DNA of 64,000 nucleotides from Prorocentrum cordatum (lineage: Eukaryota). Under the pieces are notes generated by a model. That model saw only the letters and a program-made list of their open reading frames with translations. It had not been told where the DNA came from and searched no databases. Shown in pieces: positions 53,083-64,000 of the stretch; position 1 is the stretch's first letter, and each line of letters starts with the position of its first letter. The position numbers and the translations under genes are program-made. Location: assembly GCA_963575745.1 (NCBI GenBank), contig CAUYUJ010000178.1, positions 1 to 64,000 of the forward strand, given 5' to 3'.

Positions 53083-56000
53083 CCAGAGAGCCAGAGAGGG
53101 AGAGGGAAGGTTGCGTGCACGCACACCTCGCCAGTGGCTCCGATGGGTCGGAGCTCGTCTTGTCGGAGGCGACGATAGGGGCGAATAACCCAGGGAGGGG
53201 GGGGGCCGGGCAATACATGTATCCAGGGGTGCCGATGATCTATGTCTTGGACCAGGCTCCCGGGCGAATGCGTGTAATGCCTGCCCCTGGGCTGTTCGCC
53301 CTTACCGTCGCCGCCGATCTTGGCGCTCCTGCCGTCGATGCCAGAGCAGCGAGCTTGCAAGCGTGGGGGCAGCCCCCAGCCAGGGAACGCAGGGGGGGGG
53401 GGGGGGCAACACCGCGGCGGCGCGCAGGAGGGGGGGGGGCGCAAGGGAGGGCGGCCTGCCAAGAGGGCCGGGGGGCCTCCGAGAAGCCCTGCCTGGCCTG
53501 CGGGGGCTTCTTCGAACGGGCCTCTGAGGCCTTCCACGGGAGCCGCGGCGCTTCCGTCGCCCGCCCCCTTTCGACGCAGAGCCAAGCAGGGGGCCTGTCC
53601 CTCTACAGGAGGGCTCTTCAAAAACAGTACAAAAAGTAGTCTTGGGGACGATTTTTACAATCTTTGAGTATTTTAAGAATATGTTTAGACTATTTTGTAT
53701 CTGCCGTCCAAAATCCGGGGGACAGGCCCGACCTAGTGCAGGTACCCCTGAGAGCCCCCTGCACCCAAGACTCCCCCAGGGAGCGCTTGACAAGGAGCGC
53801 GCCCCAATCACTCAAAAGTATGCTGATCCGACATTCAGAGGCGACGCGCGAGCTGTGGCACATCGTATCTCACAGCTTCGGCAGCATCGAGGAGCAAGCA
53901 AAAATAAGGTATGGGAGGTCCGCGCGGACTTCTTGGATCGGCGCTGCAGTTCCCTAGCGGCGCCTCCGGCGCCGCCCCTGGCGCTCTCCGCGCGCCAGGA
54001 AGGGGGGCCCATCGCCGATCCAAGAAATCCGCGCAGACCTCCGAATCATTGTGTTTATGTCGTTCATTGTCCCTCGAAGCAATGATCCATCGTGCGCGCC
54101 GTCATCACTGCATTCACCGCGCCCAAATCAGAAGCGACCCATTTGTTTTTGTTCTGCTGTTCGTGATCTGTTCAACCACGTGTTGACGCTCGGCCCAGAG
54201 CTCGTCCGGTCATCTGACATTTGAGCCGCGATGCAAAATTGTGATGGGCAAAATGCAATTTGAAAATGTGCTAGAGTTGTCCGTCTGCACTCCCATGTGG
54301 CCCAGGTGGGCTTTCCACGAGCTCCGCAATGTCTACGAAAATTCACTGGTGGTGGTGCCATCTTCCAGGAGGTTTGGGCCCAGCACATGCCGACACTTCT
54401 GTAGAACTGCGGTCAAGGCTCGCGGAGACCATCGAAGTGTGCTCGGAGCACGGAAGCAGGGAATGCGTCGGGCTACCGGTATGACATCAGATTTCTGCCT
54501 CGAGATGCGCATCGGTCGGGAGGGGGGCCCTCTTTGAAGTGTGGACTTGTGAGCGTACGGAGGCAAGTCGTGGCATGGGCGCGACTGGATGATGAATGGA
54601 CGCCTCCTCATCATTATCATCGTCCTTCCCCTTCCCCCAATTTCCTGCTCACGTTGTTCCCCCCCCCACCCTCCCCCGCCCCCTCCCCGTCCCCCCCCCC
54701 CCCCAGCCCGGACGTCCGGTGGCTCGATGTTCGAGCCAGGAGACCTCACATTGTTTGACCCATTCCCTGGGGCTGGCTTTCCAGCCTGAGTCAGGTTTTG
54801 ATGGCTCCAGGGCCTGAAAACATCCTCATCAAATGTTCAAAACTAAGAAAGCAATACATGCCACAGGATTTCTAGCTTACATCCATCAGACATCGTACGG
54901 ATAAACATCCAATTCCATAGATTCCAGACTTGGCCACAGAAAATCAAGAACCTGGATTCTGCAAAAGAACCAAAAGTATGACCAGACGTTCAGCACGCCA
55001 GGCAGCCCTTCGATAAATCAACACGTGGTGGCGGATCGAAGACGCCTACAGCGAATCACCGCCGCCCCCTGCCTTTTTAGGATACGCCTATGTGGCCACA
55101 CGTTTGGGCAATGCTTGGCTACGCTATTGCACCATGTGTTCCCCCAGCCGTTGTGGATGCTCTTCGGGGAACACGCGGGGGAGGAAGAGGAGGAGGAGGA
55201 GAGGGAGGGAAAAGAAGGATAAGAAGCAGGATGAGGAGACCCTCTTGGGAGCTTATTAAGTCATTGTTGGGCCTCCTGGGAGCCTCCTGGGAGCCTCTTG
55301 GGGGCCTCCGGGGGGTATCCTTGGACCTCTTGGGTGCTTCTTCGACCGCCTTACGGCGTTCCTGGCCCGTCTCACGCCGTCGGAAGCCGTCTTGAGAGGC
55401 TCTCTGGCCCGTCTTGGGGCCCTCCTTGGGCGCTTCAGGGTCGTCTTGAAAGCCATCTTGGGCGCCTTGGAGGCCTCCTGGGCCGTCTTTGGGCCCTCTG
55501 GGGGCCGTCTTGGGAGCCTCTTGGGCCGTCCTGGGATCATCTTGGAGGCCACTTGGGCGATCTTGGGACGATCTTTTGGGGCTCTTGGGCCGTCGGAAGG
55601 CCGGAATGAAGCAAATGCCACAGTCCTTCAAAAACATTTGGCCTCCTCGGGCCTTCTGGAGGCCTTCTTGGAGGCCTCTTGGGCCACCTTGGAAACCTCC
55701 TGGGGGCCTCTTGGACCGTCTTGGGAGCCTCTTGGGCCGTCCTGGGGTCATCTTGGAGGCCTCTTGGGCGATCTTGGGGCTATCTTTGGGAGCCTTTGGG
55801 GCCGTCTTGGGAAGTCGGAAGGACATGTTGAAGCAAATGTCAAAATCCTTAAAAAAAAAACCCAAAGGAGAATCAATGATGTTGGTCGCTTCGGGAATTC
55901 CTGGAGGACCTCTTGGAGGCCTCTTGGGCCGTCTTCGGCGCCTCTTTGGCGTTTCTTGGACCGTCCTGTGCTCTCTTGGACCACCGTGGCGGTCTTGGAG

Positions 56001-57420
56001 TCATCTTGGGACCGACTCGGAGGCTATCTTGGGCTCTCTTGGGCTCTCTTGGGGCTATCTTGTCCGTCTTGGAGGCATCTTGGAGACCATGCTTGCCTGC
56101 CCAGGCCGTCTTGGAGGCCATCTTGAGCCATGTGAGGAGGATTGTGGGAGCTTTCCAGGTGGCCGGCGTGCGTGGCCGAAGCCCGAAGGGGGAGTCCTGA
56201 AAGAACCCAAAAACTGAACTTGTGATGAATCAACCAGGGGCGGCGGATCGAAAACGCCTCCGGCGAAACATCGCCGCCCCCTGTCTTTTGGAAGCGCCTA
56301 TGCGGCCGAAGGTTGGGCAAGAGCTTGGTCAAGCTATCGGACCAGGTGTTCCCCCAGCGGTCGTTGCAACCTTTCGGGGAACACGTGAGGAAGAGGAGAA
56401 TGAGGAGGAGGACAAGGGAGTAGGAGGAGGAGGAGGAGGAGGAGGAGAAGGAGAAGGAGAAGGAGAAGGAGGAGGATGGGGAGGAGAAGGAGGAGGAGGA
56501 GGAGGAGGAGACTTCTTGGGAGCCTCTTGGGGCATCCTTGGGGCCCCCTGGGAGCTTCTGGGAGGCGCTAGGGGGTCTCATTCGGCCTCTTGGGGGCCTT
56601 CTGGGGCTGGTTCGGGGCCTCGTTGGCCGTCTTAGGGCGTTCCTGAGCCGTCTGACGCCCTCGTGAGCCGTCGTGGGGGGCATCTCCGAACCGACTTAGG
56701 GGCCCTCTTCGGGCGCTTCGGGGCCGTCTTGGAGGCCATCTTGGGCGTCGTGGAGGCCTCTTGGGCCGTCTTGAGCCCCCCTCTGGGCCTGCAAACGTGC
56801 TGGGCGAACGTGCGCGGCGCTAGGGCGCTGTTCACGGATCGAAAACGGCCCTCCCTCCACCCGTGAAGCCGATCCAAATGTGTTTGGGAGCGAGTGCGCG
56901 CGGCGCCAAGGCGAGATCCACATGTTGAAAACAACCGCCCCTTCATCCGTGAGAATGCTGCCAGCGTCCGGCCTCACGATCAGAAACGTGAGGGAACTTC
57001 GGGCGAAACGCCCGGCCCGCCCTGCAGGCACGCCTGGGGGAGTTCAGCAAGGAGGAGTTGCTTATAAAGAACAGAGATGGAGGAGGAGGAGGAGGAGGAG
57101 GAGGAGGACGCGGAGGAGGAGGAGGAGGAGGAGGAGGAGGAGGGAAGAGGAGGTCCCAGAGGTCAGGTCCCGACCCCTCCCCCAGGGATAGCTTTCCGTC
57201 GCGGATCCAGTTGTTGCTGCCCCGGGGCCGATGACGGGCCGCGGGGGCCGAAGTCGACGAGAAGCGTTGGGATTCGAAAAAGCAGACCGTCGAAGGTGTG
57301 GGGAGCAGGAGGCCGCCGCCACCTCCTCCTCCTCCTCCTCCTCCTCCTCCTCGTCCTCCTCCTCCTCCTCGTCCTCCTCGTGCTCCTCCTCATTTGCTCC
57401 CGAGCCTCCTCCCCCGAAAG

Positions 57421-57516
57421 GCCGCCTCTGCTCGCCAGCGCGTGGACGAGCTGCAGCGTGAGCGGGGCGACCTGCTCGACCTGCTGGGCCGCCTCGCCGC
57501 CATCCTCGGCCCCCAG
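57421..57516 (+). CDS. Candidate exon encoding a short coiled-coil-like helix; gene membership unresolved
   Basis: AAG acceptor, GC donor, 96 bp, GC3-rich. Encodes AASARQRVDELQRERGDLLDLLGRLAAILGPQ. Confidence 0.4.
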
Positions 57517-57776
57517 GCGGCGCCGAGGGATCTGCTCAACCTCCTCCTCCTCCTCCTTGTCCTCCTCCTCCTATTTTTCTTCTCCTCATCCTCATCCGTC
57601 TCTTCCTCATCATCTTCTTCATAATCATCCTTAACAACATCAACAGCATCAGCATCATCATCAACATCAGCAGCATCAGCATAATCGTCATCATCAGCAT
57701 CAGCATCATCATAATCAGCATGATCATAAGTTCCTCCTATTGTTATCCTCCTCATCATCAACATCAACATCATCAG

Positions 57777-57815
<39 letters not shown>

Positions 57816-57951
57816 TATCATTATCATCATCATCATCATCATCATCAGCATCATCATCATCATCATCATCATCTTCTCCGTCATCATCGTCATCCTGTAC
57901 AACATCAACAGCATCAGCAGCAGCATCACCAACATCACCAACATCATCAGC

Positions 57952-58003
<52 letters not shown>

Positions 58004-61000
58004 AGCATCAGCATCAGCATCAGCATCATCAGCATCAGCATCACCATCAGCATCAGCATCAGCATCAGCATCAGCATCAGCATCATCTCCTCCTCCTTTT
58101 CCTCCTCCTCCTCCTCCTCCCCCTCCTCCTCCCCCTCCTCCTCCTCCTCCTCCTCCTCCTCCTCCTCCTCCTCCTCCTCCCCATCCTCCTCCCCCTCCTC
58201 CTCCCCCTCCCGCTGGCCCATTTGGCCAGGCACCTGCTTGGCCGTCGGCCTCGCGGCCGCACCCGCGGCCGCTCCGCCGCCCTGCCGTGGCCTCGTCCTC
58301 GCGGCTGGACCGGATGATTCCGCAGCTTCGGCAGGGCCGCCAGGGCAGGGCCGAGCTGTCCAGCCATGCGAACGACCCAGAGATCCAACGTATTGAAAAA
58401 AATCAAGACGGAGGTTTTTCACAGTTCTTGGCCTCTAGGGGCCCTCGCCGGGCCCCGGGACCGTCAAAAAACGACTCGGGACGAAAAACCGGTCCCGGGG
58501 AAAGGGTCGAGATTGCCGGGGACCCCGTATTGAAAAAATCATGACATCAGATCTCTGGGAAGCTCGATCTGGTGCTGCTCACCAAGTCTGGCGCCCGGGC
58601 GGAAAATGCCAGCACCGCGCCACTCCCAGGCGAGCTGCGGCGGCGCCTGCAATGTCGCGCAGCGGTGGATCATGAGCACCAAAACACCGCCGCTGGTGAG
58701 CCGCTCATCCATATCAGCTTCAAGCAGCGCGCTCCCGCATCTGATGGTGTAGCCCCTGAGGGCGATGATTCTCCAGGCGGAAGTGACGAGACTGGTCCTG
58801 ACGACGACGGTGGTACAGCCGGAGGCTGGCGGCGAGGGCGGCAAGATGATCCGGCCGCACAGAATGGAAGTTGCAGCGCCAGGCAATGGCGACCCGCTGG
58901 TGGAGATTCGGGTCGGGGGGGGCCGCCTCCATGGAAGAATCCACGACGGCAGCGACATGGTCCATGCCCAGTCTTTCTGACGTTCCTCAGTTTACTGTGC
59001 TTGTGTGGAGTGCCAGTGCGCCTGAGTTCAAGCCCAAGGAGCTGGATGATGGGAACCAGAGCGACATCATCGATGCAATGATGTACGAGCGTGGTGAAGT
59101 AGAGATGGAGGTGTGGGGCCAGGTGCTGGGAGCTCTGGTGGGTGCGCATGAGGCTCTCGAGGGCCCTCCTCACGCTGCTGATGGCCCTGCTCAAATTGGC
59201 GAGCTTGGCGGGCTTGCTCTCCCTCAGCCTGCTCTTCCTCTTTTTGTGGTGGTGGGAAGGTGAGTCAATGTAATGTACGGCTGGTGGGATTGAGAAAAAT
59301 TTCTGACGATGGTGGCCTGGGCGCTGCTCACCGCGCCGTTGGCGGAGCTGGATGCTAGGATATCTCAAGTGGTGCCTCGAGCGGTCCGTCCCCAGTGAGA
59401 GCCTGCTAACTCTCAGCTTCCAGGTGGAGGGGAGCCGCGTCCTCAAGGGCTGCCTGATGCGCTTCGCCCTCTTCGTCGGGAGATCGTCTGGCCTCAGGAG
59501 TTGGCGTTCGGCTGCGTTGACGAGCCCATAGAAAGTATGTGTTCGCATTATGGCTGGCCTCTCTCACTGTTCCTTGGACGATTCGGCATTGCTCCTGAGG
59601 GCGAGTTCATCGGCCGCGCGGGGAAGATTGAAGCCGTGCTCGACACCATCCCCCGCAGTTTGATATACCCTTCGGTGGATGTGTTCGTTGTGGTGCCCGC
59701 GTGCGATCTTCGTGAGTGCCGTGGCCCACTGAGCACTCCGCAACGGGATTGGATGCTCACAGAGATGGCGGTGGAGGCCGAATTTGGCTGGTGTGTGGTT
59801 CGGGAGCTTTTTCCTGCCCTTCCTGTTCATGGTCCATGGATGTGGATTACCCCAGCCTGTTCGTCGAGTACCGCGTCTCCTACTTCCAGGTGGTGCCTGA
59901 GGCTACGGACCCGTTCTTCTTGTTTCATTATGGTTTACGTTGTCTTGTCTCTTCGTTCTATCGCCTCCCCTCGCGTGCCCTGTCCTCCCGCGTTGTCGTT
60001 TCTGCATTTGGGGGTCGCCGTTGCTTTCCCCTCGGCCTCGTGTTCCTCCTCTCCTCCGTCGTTCCCTCGCCGCCCTCTGCTCCCGGCGGGGTGGAGTCAA
60101 ACCGTCGCGGCCCCAGGAGCGAACAAGATACATGTTCCTCCTCCTTTCTTCCTCTTTCTTCTCCTCCTCCTCCTCCTCCTCCTCCACCTCCTTCTCGTCA
60201 TTTTTCCCCTCTCCTTCTGCTCCACAATTACCCAACATGAGTACTTCCCTCCTCTCTCCCCTGATTCTGTCCGGGGAGTGTCCAGTCCTCTCCGCGCATC
60301 GTTTTTTGGTATACACCAGATTCCATTATTTGGTTGTTCCTATGCGTTGTTTCGATCTGGTCGTTTCCTGTCCTTCCAATATGAGTTTCTTGCTGCAGCG
60401 CCGCCCTCCTTTCCGCGCTTCGGTCATTCAAAACCGTGTTTTTGGCCTCGCTCCTGCGAGCCAGTCCTTCTACATCGTGCTCCCGCTGCAGCGCTGGTCT
60501 CATTTCCGTCGGTCTTGGCATTGGCTTCATTTCACAGCATGCAGTGCGATGTTGTGTTGCGCACCGCTGTGCGATGCCATGCCGTTTGTTGCTTTGCTTT
60601 TTGCATGCAACATTGCACTACGCAATGCTATGGCATGCTATGCTCTGCCGTGCTCTTCTACGCCATGCTTTTGTTTCCACCCATCGCACACCCTCTTGGG
60701 ATCATTGCCCTGCTCGACATCCGACTGCGCGAATAGATAGGAGATCTACGCCATGGTAAGGGATGGGAGGGAGGGAAAGGACGTCAGATGTGACGCTAGC
60801 GCACCTAGCTTGTCCTCCTCCTCCTCCTCCCCTTCCTCCTCCTCCTCCTCCTCCTGCTCCTCCTCCTCCTCCTCCTCCTCCTCCTCCTCCTCCTCCTCCT
60901 CCTCCTCCTCCTCCTCCTCCTCCTCCTCCTCCCCCTCCCCCTCCCCCTCCTCACCCCCCTCCTCACACATCATCACCATTTCTTCTCCTCCTCCTCCTCC

Positions 61001-63096
61001 TCCTCCTCCTCCTCCTTGCATCCTTGCCTCCTCAGTCCATCCTTCGCCACTTTCGTTGGCCGCGCCCCGCTCGAAAAGCTGCGAAGTGTGCGTCCAAGGC
61101 CCTTGCATCCTTAGTGGGCATCCTGATGATACGAGCCGACTGCAGCTCCGCAAAACGTCGGACGGGATCGGGCTCGTGAGCCCTGCTCCTTGGTAGGGCT
61201 CGGTCCGAAGCGGCGGTCCGCCGTGCCGGAGTGGGCTGTTGGCCTCCGCGTGGTCGAGTCCGCTCTGGCAGTCGTAGCCGTGAGTATCGTCGCGGTGTGA
61301 CGGTGTCGTCTCCAGCGCCGTCTTGCACAGGCGATGGTTGACCCTTTCGGTGCCCGCATCGGTCGGTAGATCCGTGGTGACGATGCCCGGGTAGTCGTCC
61401 TCGAGTTGCACGCGGGTTGCACCGTCGCAGCTGTGCTCCGTTCGCGCCGTAGTGTTGCCTGCGCCCGTGTCCATCACGATGGTGGCGTGGCGTTGGTCTT
61501 GGAACTGAGTGTTTGGAACGGTGTCGTTGATGCGTCTGAGCTGCGTCAAAACGAGGAATGGTCCTTCACTGTCGAACCCTTCACCCAGGCTGGTTGGTCC
61601 TTGACTGTCGAACCCTTCGCCCAGCTAGTAGATATCCTCTGGACATCAGCAATGGGCCCCACAAGGGCAACGTAGACGGGGTAGTCAGTTCCTTGAGGGT
61701 CGTTGCCCCAGCGGGGCTTGATATGTACCAACCTGCCAGGCATTACGTAAGCGAACGGCTCGAGAGGAGACTAGCATGGCCCGTCGGATGGACATGTAAA
61801 GCCTGTATCGGTGCAGGTGCATGTCAGGTCAGGGGCGTCGCTATCTGGTCTGGGGTGCGCCCGCGTCGTTGGGTCTAGCACGGCCCTTCGGTCATCACCA
61901 AAATGTTCCAAGAAGTTTCTCCTCGGTCCTCCCTGGCACCCCCCCCCTGTCCACCCACTGGCCCCCGCACTCTACCCAGACATCCTCTTATATGACTTCG
62001 TCCAACCCTTCGGCCCCAGAGCTCCCGACCCCTTCATTGGGGATAGTTTTTTGTCCCAGGTCCGTCCGTGTTTGGTCGTCCTGGGGCCCAACGAGCCCCA
62101 GAGGACGAGACCAAGAGAAACGCCCGGATCGAAAAGTCATATCGTCGAAGATTCGGGTCCAGTGCCGTTCCCACGCATTTTCCTTCCGTCGGGCATGTCC
62201 CTCTGCAGGAGGAGAATTCAAAGATAGTCCAAAAATAGTCTGGGGACGGTGCTGTCACTATGTTTGACTAGTTTTGAGTTTTTGTTTGCTATTTTTCATT
62301 TTTCGTTCAACATCCGCTTGTAGGAGAACATGCCCGACCTGACACTTTCCGGACCTGGACATCCGACGCCGTGGCTTTCTCGCACCACGGCTCCGCATGA
62401 GGTCTGGACCTCTTCCCCAGGGCCGGGCTTTCAACCCGAGCCGTGGTTCGACGGCCTCGGGGCCCGGCCAAGGCCCCCGGAGGCCGAAGAAGAAGTCAAG
62501 CCTGGCGTTAAGTCGTGCATGTCCCTCTACAGGAGGAATATTCAAAAATAGTCTGGAGACTTTCTTTCACTATGTTTGACTATTTTTGAGTATTGTGTTG
62601 ACTGTTTTCATATGTCGTCCAAAATCCGCCCGTAGGAGGACATGCCCGACCTGAGCCTGGCGCCCGAACGGCGCATCGGCAGAGAAAGCATTGCGCGCGT
62701 GAGCTGCGTGGGAAGGGCAAGGAGCAGGAGGAAGGGGAAGAAGAGAAGGGGAGAGGAAGAAAGGACGCCCCAAAACGGCAAAAAACTTACCAGCTTGGGA
62801 AGTACATCCATATGTTCCTCATGTTTGGCATCACCTGACCTCGACGTCGATCTGAAGGATTTGTTCCAAGTTTCTGAAGGTACGTCCCTAAGATCGTCAT
62901 CGCTTTTTGCTTGCCGATCTTAGGGGCAGGCATCAGTTCACAGACATGCGACGTCTTGATTTTCTCAGGACGGCGCCCCTGGAAGTCCTGACCCTTTCCT
63001 TGGGAGCAGTCTTTCGTCCTGCCTCGTTTTCTGACGGCCCCGAGGCCCGGCGAGGGCCCCCCGGGGCTGACAGTAGCCCCAAAAACTCCCGCCCTA

Positions 63097-63146
<50 letters not shown>

Positions 63147-63328
63147 GTTCCGTCGTGCTTGTTCCCACGGCGGGAGCCTGCGCTGCGCCGGGGGCAGCGT
63201 GGCAGAAGTCGCCTCCTGGGCTGCGCGCCGCCTCGCGCAGCTGCCAAAGGTGCCCGACTGAGCCGGCACCTTGCTGGGGCGCCGGCGGCCGCGCCGTTTC
63301 GCCCCCTGTCATCGGCACGAACGAGATG

Positions 63329-63502
63329 CCCTCGCCCTCCATCTTCCGCACCTTCCGCGCGGCGGGTTCCACGCCGCGGCGGCCGCCGCCGCGGCCGCCA
63401 CTGCGGCTTCCGCCGAGGCCGCAGCAGCGGTTTCGGCGGCGGCGGCGTCCGCAGCGGCGCGGCACCCGCCGCGCGGAGGGTGCGGAAGGTGGAGGGCGAG
63501 GG
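63329..63502. mobile_element. MITE family C2, copy 2 (opposite orientation)
   Basis: Same TIRs and body as 5558-5731; 2-bp TSD TG. Confidence 0.85.
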
Positions 63503-64000
63503 TGGGCACGGAGAGAATGGGTACACCCCAGGCGATGCTTAAGAAAACCTAAGTTTTCGTCCAGAGTCTCGATTATTCTTAGGTTTTCAATGTAAATCCC
63601 AAGATTTTGATAGAAGTTCTGGGTTTTATGAAATTTCTGAGACTATGAATTTCTTAACCCATGATTTCTTAAGCATTTCGCAGGGTGTACAATGCCCAAC
63701 AGCAGTTCCTGCTCATTTTGAACAGGGCTCGCTGTCCGCGCCGCCGCGGCCCGTGTCCATTGGAAGCAGAAGGGCGCCTGCCCAACAGCGGCCGCTGTCG
63801 ATTTGGGACAACATTTTCTCCCGGATAGCTCCTCAGAGCTAGGAGAGGCTTGTTAGATCAGAAGCCGGAGCCGCAGGGTAGCCCCAGAGATCGTTTCGGC
63901 AGCGGTCCAGGCTCCCCGGCGCAATTTGCTTGAGCCAGAAACCGTCAACAAAACGACTCGGGATGAAGAACTGGTCCCCGGGAAGGGGTCGAGACCTCTG

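Noticed and set aside
63099..63145. Poly(A) tail of a retrocopy
   Set aside because: It follows a truncated C1 MITE with no ORF or TSD seen; treated as a homopolymer of uncertain origin and length.

Overview
Eukaryotic, GC-rich, microsatellite-laden genomic DNA from a dinoflagellate. The direct evidence is an exact dinoflagellate spliced leader at 7084-7105 plus GC/GA splice donors; a Prorocentrum-like source is inference only. Most of the window appears to be one intron-rich + strand gene for a SIZ1/PIAS-type SP-RING (MIZ zinc finger) SUMO E3 ligase. Six well-supported exons run from 853 to ~16009, and weaker candidate exons extend to ~51.8 kb (possibly 57.5 kb). Its introns carry: (i) an intact intronless eIF1/SUI1 retrocopy with a full spliced leader plus a relict leader; (ii) a TSD-bounded 4.9-kb APE-RT non-LTR retrotransposon whose second, intact ORF lies downstream of pol; (iii) a decayed RTE-like LINE; (iv) several MITE families (CCC termini with 2-bp TSD; TCGGG termini with 5-bp TSD), one apparently acting as an introner; and (v) satellites and long CCT/CAT/CTA/TA microsatellites. 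Almost all long ORFs in the supplied track are artefacts of trinucleotide repeats and high GC. Exon models were read by eye and need transcript support.
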